Below, piece after piece: positions 1-11,889 of a stretch of DNA of 29,022 nucleotides; the first letter of the stretch is position 1, and each line of letters begins with the position of its first letter. Source of the DNA: Octopus sinensis (lineage: Eukaryota). The DNA lies in the NCBI RefSeq assembly GCF_006345805.1, contig NW_021833179.1, positions 1 to 29,022 of the forward strand, read 5' to 3'. The translations under genes were made by a program, and so were the position numbers. Under the pieces are notes generated by a model. It was given only the letters and a program-made list of their open reading frames with translations, was not told the origin of the DNA and did no database searches.

Positions 1-1153
1 GACCCAGGATGGACGCCACCTGCACAAAAGTACACCTCACCTCGATGCTCCTACTGAACATCAGAGGACTGCAAACACTCAGTAACAGGACAAAAATTCC
101 GTTCATGAGAGATTTGTTTGCATGCAATCAAGCCTTATGCATCACACTAACGGAAACGCACCTGAAACCGGATATAGCAGATGCGGAGTTACACATACCA
201 CAGTATGCTGTACTACGGACCGACAGGAAAGAAAGAGTCATGGAGTGTTGCTATGTACTCCGGGAGGACCTCACACCCCAGGTCCTCTTGTCATACTCAA
301 ACTCGGTGTGTGACACACTAATTGTACATATTAGGCAAACTGATGTAGTTGTGTGTGCTACATATCGCCCTCCAGATGCCCCAAGCCATGTGGGCAAGTT
401 TGAAGACTGCCTTATAAAAATAGAAGAAATTCTAACCACATTAGAACAACACATAGGTGTGCTTCTTATGGGAGACTTCAATCTGCCCAATGTCAATGGC
501 CCGAAGGCCTTTCTCTCCCAGGAATGACAAGATGTGAACGAGGACAGGCGAGGTCCCTCCTGAACCTCATCAACACCGGTACATGGAGCAGGTCATACTC
601 CAACCAACCAGGGCAGGTAACACACTGGATCTCTGCTTCCAAATGACATGGATCTCATCCATAATGTGAAAGTGACACCGACACTACTCTCGGATCACAT
701 GATAGAGCTGACCATGTACGGGCCAAAAGAGAGCACGGACATGCAGCCTACAAGAAACCCCCAGAATCTTTCCAGCTTGAACTACCATAAGGCAAACTGG
801 AAACAAATTGAGAAAGAGATCCTCAAACCAAAACTGGCCTAAATGTCTCTCCTCGCCAGACATCGACGTGAAACTTCAACAATTCATGTCTGTAATGCAA
901 GCCATATGCTACAATGTGTCCCAGAGAGAAAGGCCACTGTACACAAGAACAAAAACCCCCAGAGAGAGGAAAATTGTAATGAGACGGCGTACAAAATTTT
1001 CAAATCGAAAGTTACACAAATGCCAGAACTGGGCGCCACTGCGTGGTGCCTAGGACTCCAAACTTGCCATCAAGATGTAGGACAAGATTCTGTGATAGCC
1101 TGGGCTTCCGAGGCCCACAGCTCTTCAATATCCTCCCGAAGAACCTAAGAGAC
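1..1153 (+). mobile_element. CR1-group non-LTR retrotransposon, copy A: endonuclease region, ~1.68-kb internal deletion, then a short 3' ORF2 piece; 3' end missing
   Basis: ORF 9..527 has APE endonuclease motifs (LLNIRGL, LTETHL, TYRPP, MGDFN); 648..842 has SDH. 1-1007 is the reverse complement of ~3156-4150 (roughly 90% by eye). 1008-1153 is the reverse complement of ~1335-1480. Confidence 0.9.
9..527 (+). pseudogene. APE-type endonuclease domain of LINE ORF2 (frameshifted)
   Basis: Translation shows N-I-R-G-L, L-T-E-T, Y-R-P-P and G-D-F-N motifs, then goes out of frame. Confidence 0.85.
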
Positions 1154-4100
1154 TTGGTGTTGCTACTTGGTTTTACTTCACGAAAGCTTTTTAGCAACTG
1201 CCATTTGGTGCATGAGAGAGTTCGATGCAGCTGCCCTCATCTGCACCTCCTGCCGTGAAGTTGGTTCATCTGGGACACCTGACAGGAAGAGATCCAGTTC
1301 CATTTTACAGACATCTGCCTCCACCTCATGCAGGTCTCTCTGGTTCTTCGGAAGCATATTGAAGGGCTGTGGGCCACGGAAGCCATGGCTATCACAGAAT
1401 CTTGTCCTACATCTTGACGGCAAACTTCGAGTCCTAGGCACCACGCAGTGGCGCCCAATTCTGGCATTTGTGTAACTTTCGATGCCAAAGTATGGGACAC
1501 TTCCCTCTAGGATCTTCCAGATGTACATTATGGCATATCTCCTCCGCCTACGCTCCAAGGAATATAGTTTTAATCTCTTGAGTCTTTCCCAGTAGTTTAC
1601 ATTCTGCATAGAGGCTATCTTCTTCGTGTAACTACGCTGGATCGCCTCGAGCTCTGTGATCAACTTGACACTGGATGGTGACCATAACTGAGAGCAATAG
1701 TCAAAGTGGCTTAGGACAAGTGTCCTCCAGACGACCATCATGGTTTCTTGTTCTCTTGTTCTAAAGGTTCTGATAATCCATCAAGCCTGCCGTCTACATT
1801 TTATTGCCAGTTTAGCAACATGTACACGAAAGGTCGCGTCATCACTCATGTGAATACCCAGGTCACGCATTGATTGTGCCTCTGGGATTGCAATCCCTCC
1901 GGGTCCAGTGTATTCATTGGGTGTTGCATTCAGTTTTGCATGCTGGTAGTATAGAGCTTGAAACTTTTCAGCATTGAACTGCATGCTATTCTTTTCAGCC
2001 CACTTGTATATTTCGTCCATCTCACATTGCAGGTGCTTAGTGTCTTCAGGGTTCTGTATTGCCTGTGAAACTTTTGTATCATCTGCATAACTTGTGATCG
2101 TGGCTCTCTGCGCGGCTGAGGGCATGTCTGAGAGGGCCATTATGAACGGTAGTGGTCCCAAAACAGTGCCCTGCGGAACACCGCTCACTATTTGTGTGTT
2201 AATGGAAGTGGCCCCATTGGCTGCTACCAGCTGACTTCTATTCTTCAGAAAGTCATGAAGCCATTCTCCCAATTTTCCCAACTATGCCAAGATCATGCAG
2301 TTTGTGACATATCATTCCTGATCGACCTTATCAAGGCCTTTGCAAAGTCGAGAATATGACTTCCACATTTAAGTGGTTGAGCAGTTGTTTCAGCACCCAG
2401 TCATAGTGTTGTAGAAGCTGAGTTAAACAGCTTCTCCCTGGTCGGAAACATGTTGGGGTCAGGCAATCAACTCATTTTCTTCAAGAAGGTGATTAGTTTC
2501 CTTCTGACTATTCGTTCCATGACCTTGCTGATGTGTGAGGTCAGAGAGATAGGTCTGTAGTCTTGGCCTCTGCTCTGCTACCACTTTTATGAATAGGGCA
2601 TATTTTACCTTCCTCAGTTTTCTTGGAAGTTTGCCAGCTGCAAGGAAGCTCTGAAAGGGATCTGCAGTGTGGTCTTGCTAGAAACCTCTTACATACTTTT
2701 AGGAGGATTGCCGGGAATCCATCGGGGGCCATAGCTGATTCTGTTTTCATTTCACTTATAGCCTTGATTACATCGTCTTCCTTTATATCGATGTAACTTA
2801 TCGTCGCCGCTTCTGATTTTATATCTGCAGTGGTAAAGAAATCAGTGGATTGGTGATTGGAAATGCCCGAGGGGTGGAGTGAAAACACTCTTGAATTGCT
2901 CATTCAGTATTTCACTTACCTCATTGGTTTTCCTGTGAGTGTGCCATCCTTTCAAGGAGTGGTCCTATCCTATAGTGCACCGTAGCTGTTTCTTGGCATA
3001 CCTGTAGAAATCTCTGGGGTTAGATTTTATGTTGTCTATAGCCCAGGCTTCTTTGTCTGCTCTTTCCTTTTATGGGAGAGTTGCAGACATTTTCAATTTC
3101 CAACAGTTTTATTTTCAGGCGGGACTTTTCACTGCTTTCAATCTGTTTGTTTAGGCGATTTGAAATTTTTGTACACCGTCTCATTAAGATTTTCCTCTCT
3201 CTGGGGATTTTGTTCTTGTGTACAGTGGCCTTTCCCTCTGGGACACATTTGTAGCATATGGCTTGCATTACAGACATGAATTGTTGAAGTTTCACGTCGA
3301 TGTCTGGCGAGGAGAGACATTTAGGCCAGTTTTGTTTGAGGATCTCTTTCTCAATTTGTTTCCAGTTTGCCTTATGGTAGTTCAAGCTGAAAGATTCTGA
3401 GGGTTTCTTGTAGGCTGCATGTCCGTGCTCTCTTTTGGCCCGTACATGGTCAGCTCTACCATGTTGTGATCCGAGAGTAGTGTCGGTGTCACTTTCATAT
3501 TATGGATGAGATCCATATTTTTGTGAAGCAGAGATCCAGTGTGTTACCTGCCCTGGTTGGTTGGAGTATTACTTGCTCCATGTACACGGTGTTGATGAGG
3601 TTCAGAGGGACCTCGCCTGTCCTCGTTCACATCTTGTCATTCCTGGGAGAGAAAGGCCCTCGGGCCATCTGACATTGGGTAGGTTGAAGTCTCCCATAAA
3701 GAGTACACTTATGTGTTGTTCTAATGTGGTTAGAACTTCTTCTATTTTTATAAGGCAGTCTTCAAACATGGCTAGGGGCATCTGGAGGGCGATATGTAGC
3801 ACACACAACTACATCAAGTTGCCTTATATGTACAATTAGTTTGTCACACACCGAGTTTGAGTATGGCATGAGGACCTGGGGTGTGAGGTCCTCACGGATG
3901 TACATAGCAACACCTCCATGACTCCTTTCTTTTCTGTCGGACCGTAGTACAACATACTGTGGTATGTGTAACTCCGCATCTGCTATGTCCGGTTTCAGGT
4001 GCGTTTCCGTAAGTGCTATGCATAAGGCTTGATTGCATGCAACAAAGTCTCTCAAGAACGGGATTTTTGTACTGTTACTGAGTGGTTGCAGTCCTCTGAT

Positions 4101-4208
4101 GTTCAGTAGGAGCATAGAGGTGAGGTGTATTTTGTTGCAGGCGGTGTCCATCCTGTTTGCTGTGGTGGTCTTGTATATAGTGGGTAGTCCCACCTGCGAG
4201 TTTGGGTT
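1154..4208 (-). mobile_element. CR1-group LINE, copy B: near-complete but decayed ORF2 (EN + RT + C-terminus); last ~50 nt of 3' end missing
   Basis: Collinear minus-strand ORF pieces: 3762..4193 (EN), 3602..3808 (GDFN), 3020..3385, 2541..2903 (PDGFP), 1781..2281 (GVPQGTVLGP, YADD), 1178..1741 (LYSLERRR). The end at 1154 matches copy C at ~15465. Confidence 0.92.
1178..4193 (-). pseudogene. LINE ORF2 (endonuclease/reverse transcriptase), multiple frameshifts
   Basis: EN and RT motifs occur in the correct order but are split across at least six ORF fragments. Confidence 0.88.
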
Positions 4209-4650
4209 ATATATATATATATATATATATATTTTATTTATATATATATATCTATATATAATTTATTTATATAATATATATATATATATATATATTTTAT
4301 TTATATATATAATATATATATATATTTATATTATATATATATATATATTTATTTATATATATATATATATATATTATATTTATTTATATATATATATATT
4401 TATTTATATATATATATATTTATTTATATATAATATATATTATGATATTAATATATATATATATATAATTTTATATAATATATTATATATTTATTTATAT
4501 ATATATATAATATTTATTTATATATATTATATATTTATATATATATATTTATTTTATATAGATATATATTTATATATATATATTTATTTATAATATTGTT
4601 TATATATATATTTATATATATATATTATATATATATATATATATATTATA
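4209..4650. repeat. Imperfect (TA)n/(TTTA)n low-complexity tract
   Basis: Almost pure A/T sequence; source of the I/Y-rich part of ORF 4033..4593. Confidence 0.95.
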
Positions 4651-5345
4651 TTTTCGTCACACTCCTGTGACCACATTAGTGGTTCTTTGCTTTCTTATTT
4701 GTGTCTCTCCTTACTAACCGTCAGCCATTTTGTATTTCTATTTTATGTCTTCTTTTGAGCATGCTTATATCTCTATGTGCATTTATTTAGTGTGTGGTAG
4801 GTGGGGGGATGCCTGTAATATTTGTATCTTTCTGTTTATATACGTTCATGTAATTTGTTTTTCGTGTTGTTGTTTTTGTTTATTCTTATTTTGTTCATGT
4901 GTTTACATCCACTTATTATTATCATTACATATGCTAGTAATGATAATAATCAGTGGATTTAAACACATGAACAAAATAAGAATAAACAAAAACAACAACA
5001 CGAAAAACAAATTACATGAACGTATATAAACAGAAGATACAAATATTACAGGCATATCCCCCCCCCCCACATACACACACTAAATTAACATAGACGCACA
5101 TAGACATATAAGCATGCGCAAATGAAGACTGAATAGAAATACAAAATGGTTGACAGTTAGTAAGGAGAGACACATATAAGAAAGAAGAAAACAAAGGACC
5201 ACTGATGCGGTCACAGGAGTGTGATGAAAGAACTCTGACCGAAATAATATTAAGATTAATGTAAAAAATAAATAACACTGAAGCAAAGTATATAGTGCGT
5301 GTGTTTTTATTGGCTAAACTGGCAAAATGACCATTCCGAAATATA
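4651..5345 (+). mobile_element. Fold-back element (arms ~4651-4928 and ~4937-5229, 8-nt loop) with a unique 3' extension; probable 5'-inverted truncated Penelope-like insertion
   Basis: Centre is ATTATTATCATTAC-atatgcta-GTAATGATAATAAT. The arms are reverse complements over ~280 bp (roughly 85%). A hammerhead-like motif lies near the outer end of each arm. The Penelope assignment is inference from architecture. Confidence 0.6.
5198..5229 (+). ncRNA. Degenerate hammerhead-like core (mirror copy at ~4651-4683 on the minus strand)
   Basis: CCA-CTGATG(C)G-GTCACA-ggag-TGTGAT-GAAA. The other arm reads CCA-CTAATGTG-GTCACA-ggag-TGTGAC-GAAA. Stem II and GAAA are present, but core A9 is not conserved and stems I/III cannot be closed. 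Confidence 0.35.
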
Positions 5346-5379
5346 ATAATAATGATAATATATATATATATATATATAT

Positions 5380-5625
5380 TCTGGCACACTGTCAGTTACG
5401 ATGACAAGGGTTCCAGTTGATCCGATCAACGGAACATCCTGCTCCTGAAATTAAGGTGTAAGTAGCTGAGCACTCAACAGGTACGCGTTACCATAACGTA
5501 CTTCTCGGGGAGGTTCTAATCATTCTTTCCAGCTCAGTGCGCTGGAGCAACGCGTCAGCAGGAGTTGAACTCTTGACCTTAAGATCGTGAGCCGAATGTT
5601 CCTATCCACTAAGCCACACGTCTTC
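5380..5625 (-). mobile_element. tRNA-derived SINE, diverged and internally deleted
   Basis: Minus strand head has an A box (TGGCTTAGTGG) and B box (GAGTTCAACTCC). It ends in a tail ...GTTCCGTTGATCGGATCAACTGGAACCC...GTGCCAG followed by simple repeat, which I recognise as a common octopus SINE tail. Confidence 0.7.
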
Positions 5626-7644
5626 ATTACACGCACATGCGCTTGCACTCACACAAGTGTGTGTATTTATATATATACAGAATGTAAATTATCAAAGATG
5701 TACAGGTGTCAATACATTACAGCCGTTTCATGCGGAATATACCGGACGGGCAAAGTGCTTCAATTTAAGTACCTAATTCAACTCGCCGCACATTCACACA
5801 TACCTATATACGTACATACACCAACATGCTTACATATATACATGTGCACACACATATAAAAGCGCACACATTACATGTTCCTCGGTGATGGAGATGACAA
5901 AGAGGTAATCATTCAGGCTAATACTCAATTTATAAAGCAAGAGTAGATTATTAATATATTTACTTTATGGAATAGTTTACGTTCTAACTGCTTTGATCAA
6001 AGTGTTTAGTGCTCATATCGCTTTCACTAATATCACATGACCACACACTATATAAATATATCCATATATAAATGTCTATGTACTTTGTGTGTGTGTGTGC
6101 ATATATATATATATGTATATAGTAACATAAATGTTTGAATGTGTAGAATCTTCTCTTCATAGAAAACTGAGCATGCATCATAACTCTTAACGTCACGTGG
6201 AAGTGTCTTTACTCAACCAAAACAAAGTTGCTAATTGATGTCATTGAATTGTTTTTTGTCGACCATTTGTTTAAAGCATATATATTAACATCTCTCTGCC
6301 TTATTTTTGTACAATATTGTGCATGAATATTAACATCGTTTATAGGTCCACAGTACGCAGGACACATATTTGACACGTTCATGTTTATTCAGACGTGATA
6401 CGACCTTTCGCTGCTGAAAATGACCCATGAGAAAATCCTACACTTAGTCTTGTCTGAGAACCAGTTTGTTTAGAGCTGGGGTTTTATTTTTATTCTCTCA
6501 GCGTTATTCCTGCAGTGAAAGTGTGTATGTCTTCGTTGTACAGTTGAATACCTAAAACATGGCATCCTTCTAATACAGTTCATTCATTTCTGCGTCGTGT
6601 GACATTACTAATGCGTGCGTGAATATGTTTCTATGCGATCTACGTGAGTATGAGTGTGAGTATGAGTATGTGCGTGTTAACGTGCGCCTGTGTTTAAAAA
6701 CGGGCACATACACATTTGATAAATATTGTTCTTTCTTTCACGTATATTTAAGCGTTAATCTCACTTTTATTTACATCGAACGAATCCTAGCAACGAATGC
6801 CTGTTGAATCGTTGAATCATTGCACACTCTGTTATGAAGCATCTCCCGCACATGTATGAAGATTGTACTGTCTTACTTCATACACAACTCACCACTGTAT
6901 GTGTATCTGTATAAGCATGTACGTGTATGTACGTATGTAGGTATGTGTGAATGTGCAGTGGGTGTATTCAGGTACGTGCATGCATGTGGTTATGTGCGTA
7001 TTGAAGCGCCCGTGCCGCCTGTGTGTGTGCATGTACGTGTGTGATAATTCATAAATGAGCAAGCAGAACACAACCTAATCACTCAACTCATTTGCTTCTC
7101 TGTGTAAACTGAAGGAGCAACAAGTATATGTGAAGAAACAAAAAAACAAATTCAGTTGAAAACTGTGCATTCAACGAATTAGTATTGTTGCAATAAAATA
7201 ATAATCAGCGAAACAGCAGTTTTGTTTGAAAAACAAGAGACAAAATGAAATGATGTTAAGAAAGAAAGTCAGCCATCACTGTTTTGTTTTGGTTGTGAAG
7301 TATAAGCTGGTGTATGATTAACGGAAACAGCATCGTCTTGTTTGTTTACACCACAAATTCTCAAAAATTTTGTAGGAAATCTGAGTTATCATATAGGTGG
7401 CGTTGTGTATCAAAAGAAAGATATAGTTTATTTTGTTTATCATGTTGTATTAATCGGTGGTTGTCTTTTGTGTGTGTGTGCTCTTGATGGGAGATTTTTA
7501 GAATTAGAATCTCTCTTCCTCTCCCCCCGTCTCTCTCTCTCACTCTTCCTCTCTGTCACTCATTTTCTCTCACCCTGTTTTTTTAATGTTATCTATATTA
7601 TCCTGAAAAGAATTCTTGTAATGCAAGTATGTTGTTCGTTAGCT

Positions 7645-7733
7645 ACTACTACAATAATAATAATAGTGTTAATAATAGCAATAATAACGACAATAATAAT
7701 AATAATAATAATTTATTATTATTATTATTATTA

Positions 7734-7798
<65 letters not shown>

Positions 7799-7850
7799 GC
7801 CGGGGTAGTGATAATAGCAATAACAACAATAGTCAATATTGATAATGATG
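7645..7850. repeat. (AAT)n/(ATT)n trinucleotide microsatellite with an internal strand switch near 7712
   Basis: Direct reading; source of poly-I/poly-Y ORFs. Confidence 0.95.
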
Positions 7851-8330
7851 ATTTCTTTGAAGCTGATAAGAAGACTTTATTTACCACTTAGCAATTTCTG
7901 CAGACAATACTACGGCATGTAACAAAGACTGTTGACTTTACATAGAATCAAGCTCGAGAAACAATTCATTAAACGGAATTACTATATGATGTGGGTAAAA
8001 ATGACAAACATGAATTTATTTTTAAATATATGTGTGTGCATGTATATCACAACAGAATGTTGGTATTATTCACCATCACACGTCTGTCGTTTTCTAATAC
8101 GAGCTACAAAATTGTACTTCAGGAGAAACATGTTAGACAATTCCTATTAGAAATTCTTCAGGGCGAGAATCATATATGCTTTCCAGTATTTTTCACCACT
8201 TATACATGCCTCAAGCAAATATAACTTTTGGAATAAGCACATATACTTTAAGAGGACACGCCCGGCATCATAAATCTATCTACATAATACATATACATAC
8301 ACACACACACACACACACCACACCACACAC

Positions 8331-8390
<60 letters not shown>

Positions 8391-9899
8391 CGTATGTGTG
8401 TATTAATTTGTCTAAAGATGAAACAAAGAAACAAAACACGTGGAAAGCGTACAAATATAAAAACAGAAATCTCGTTACTCAAAGATGTGCAAAATAAAGT
8501 TAATATTGGAACAGAAGAAAAAAGAAAAAGTAATGTTTTTAATGTTGCCTTTAATCAGAGTTAACGGAGAGAAGAAAAGTATTAGGAATGACAAAAGTGA
8601 AAGCAATATATCCTAAGTGGAAAATTCTGTTTAGATGGTAGGTCTTGTGTAGAAATAAAGTTGAACATTGATTGGATTACAGACAAAATATGCGGGGAGA
8701 TGAGGACGAAGAGAAAAAGAGTAAATGGCGAAGACAGGAGTATAAACGGAGAGAGAAAGGAGGGGGAAGGGGGGAATGAACCGATGAGGAAGTTGGGAAC
8801 TGAGGATACTCGTGGATATGTTAAGATTTACTTAGGTTCACTTAAATGTGAAGTGTATTTATTGTAGCTCTAAGTTACTCTACACATGCACACACAGACA
8901 CATTATCGAATGCTCGCTTTCCAATATCAGAGAGGCGTTTTGATATATCGTTTTGAATTTTACTGTTGTGATTAAGATGGCCAGAAATCCTGTATTACTA
9001 CGCGTATCCAAACATCGATTACTCTACGTGCGCCTTTCTCTACGAAGAGATGAATGTTGTTAAGGTAGTGAAATTGACTGCCATTTCGAACAACATTTAT
9101 GTAAACAACATTTTGTGAAACATCAACGCAGGAATAATGAACATTAAATATCATATACTAGCGTTATCATACTGTACTCAACAGTGGCAGTCGACAATAT
9201 CAGTTACAGTACTACTCCATTTTGTGAGTACAAATTACATCGCTTTGAGCATCTGTGTAGATATGCACCCATACATGTGAGCATGAGTCATTGAATTCTA
9301 GACTCAGTTACTCATTATCTCAAATTGCTGAAGCAATAAATATCCAACTGTTTATAATAGATGTCTCTGTGTTCATGAGCCGATGCAAGCGTATAGTAAT
9401 ATGTGTGTGTGCGCGCATATACGTGTTTTTGCACGCGGATTGCTGTAAGGTTAGGGATGGGAGACGACGTTATATATTAATTGAATATAATATATATTTG
9501 ATACGATGAAGTTAACAACATTGTCCTACGACAGTGAACAATGATTATCATTGCTACTTTAAACTGAATTTTGCCATAAAGACACCTGATCCAGCACGAA
9601 TTTATAAGAATAACAATAGAAAAGCAGTTAAATATATTAAATGAGGGAAGTGAAGCAGAAAAGCAAATGATTAACAAATGAATTTCATAAAGAAAACACT
9701 TTTATTTAGATATGTGTATGGAGTTATCTGCAATACACGGGGACGGTTTGATTGATAATGTTTCAACAGACGCGCACCAACACGCATATACGCTAGCGCA
9801 CGCGAACATACTCTGCATACTCTCACACGCATACACAGCAACAAACGGTCGCGTATATACGTGTATGTGTGTGCATATACACACCTCTATATATGCATA

Positions 9900-9962
<63 letters not shown>

Positions 9963-10354
9963 ATAGATAGATATAGATGTGTGGACTTATTAAGCTATAT
10001 GTATATGTGTATCTAAGCATGTGTGTATGCGTGGATATATGTATATATATACACTTCCGTTCACAGCCATATTTTACCTATTTGCAACTATTTGGCAACC
10101 ATAATGCACATCCGCTTCTTATTCTGCTTAGGCTGTCGCCTTCAACAGAAAACCTGGGAGACATGATTGCAACGTATCAAAAAAATATCAACGGAAAACA
10201 AATTTCTGCGAAATTTTGATTTGTGAACTGAGATTGATGTATAAAGGATGTTTGGAAGCTTTCTGTAATCAGTATATTTAGGGCTTATAATTCACTATTT
10301 ATGAACTAGCTGGAAACAATGCACCTCGTCTGCGATAAAGATTTCCTGGCATTT

Positions 10355-10570
10355 AAGGCGGTAAGCAGCCAGAATCGTTAACAGCCGAACAAACCTGCTT
10401 TGCAGCACTTCTTCCGACTTCACATTCTGAGTTCAAATTCCGTCGCGGCCGAATTTTTAATTCATCTTTTCGAGGTCTCTAAAATAAGCACCAGTTAAGA
10501 ATTTAGGCTCATGTAATCGACTCGCCCCACTCCTACAAAATTGCTGACCTTTTGAAAGTGTGAAAGTATC
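10355..10570 (+). mobile_element. Old tRNA-derived SINE (central TTCATCTTTTCGAGGTC...AAAATAAGCACCAG domain, possibly Meta-domain-like)
   Basis: Head GGCGGTAAGCAGCCAGAATCG (A-box-like) and B box GAGTTCAAATTCC. The central block resembles a widespread octopus SINE as I recall it; the superfamily label is tentative. Confidence 0.6.
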
Positions 10571-10749
10571 CAAGTAAAGGCATATTGTCAACCATCACAT
10601 AAACAGCGTTAAATCATGCCCCACTATTAATCGAAACATTTCTTTTTATCCTTTGAAGAATTATCGCTCAACTGAAATGACATTGCTATTCTGTACGAAG
10701 GTTTGCCTGTAGTTGGATGTGTTTGTATGCATTCACACACACACACACT

Positions 10750-10840
10750 CACATTATTATTATTATAATTAGTATAATGTCAGATTCGTTAGCAGGCAGG
10801 AATCAAATGGGCATTATCATTATTATTATTATTACTATTA

Positions 10841-10905
<65 letters not shown>

Positions 10906-10938
10906 GTTATTGTTATTATTATTATTATTATTATTATA
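10750..10938. repeat. (ATT)n microsatellite, probably the (TAA)n tail of the adjacent minus-strand element
   Basis: Long ATT run abutting unique sequence at 10939. Confidence 0.9.
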
Positions 10939-11330
10939 GTTCTACTTCTCAGAGCGTTCGGTCTTGTTTGTTCTGGTAGGATCTCTGAGAGCGGACTGCA
11001 GCCTGCTACCAGAGGTCTAATAGGGTCACCTTCTGCACATTATAAGCTTTGATCCAACATCTAAGTACCAATTTCAAAAGCTTGGCTACCTCCCGCAAGA
11101 GCAGTTTTTTGAGCTAGCCAATTTTTGAGCATGTCAATTCCCAAACTTGATTGTTAGTGCTTTGAGTGCCGCTATTATTATAAGAAGGAACTGTTTCTAA
11201 TGTCACTTCCCCGCTCCTGTCTTTCCGGTCTCTAGAGCAGATAATCAGCCCGAAATGCATGCATTCAACAATCTGGTTACGGGGAGCAGTGATATTTCTC
11301 AATGCGTTAACATCTAATTGTCTACAGTGA
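10939..11330 (-). mobile_element. Decayed 3' end of an RLE-type (R4/Dong/Rex6-like) non-LTR retrotransposon
   Basis: With frameshifts the minus strand reads ...LETVP/IIIAAL...AQKTALAG...KLLKLVL. This resembles the C-terminal 'VPIIIGALG...QKTALLGTAKILRKVL' of R4-clade ORFs. A short 3' UTR and a (TAA)n tail follow. Confidence 0.5.
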
Positions 11331-11463
11331 GATATTTTCTGAATGACAAAACATAATGAATAGCTTTCTTACGGGTTCGAATGCCTCAAGTATAATCGAA
11401 CAGTCAACAATTTTTTGTGTGCTTGTATGTATGTGTGTAAATAAATATATTTGTGTGTGTATG

Positions 11464-11513
<50 letters not shown>

Positions 11514-11889
11514 TGAGTGAGAAGCGAGAGAGAGAGGGGGATATGTTGATATATATGTGTATATATTTATGTTTGCGATCTTATATTATGCATTATCAAT
11601 GAAACGAGCTTGTTCTCAGTTGCAGTGAACACGCTGGGGTTTACTTGTACTCATGTGACACTCACCCTCTTACCATCATGATTGTTTCGGTGATGTCAAC
11701 TGCCTCTGTCACTCATTTAACTTATGTCTTTTGTAGAGTGGCCAATGTTATTTTGCTTAACGAAATCCTCCTTACCTCACCAACCATTCCCTGCAAATGG
11801 AACATTTTTTTATCGACAACTAACGCTTTAGGAAGCTTTTGAATGATCCTTCATTGACCGTGTGTTCTTTGAATATGGGTTCAATATAA

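Noticed and set aside
8972-9154. CpG-richer unique sequence with short open frames on both strands (also 6340-6420, 9977-10219 and 11645-11842)
   Set aside because: No recognisable protein motif or convincing paired splice sites; a short host exon cannot be excluded without RNA-seq or homology search.
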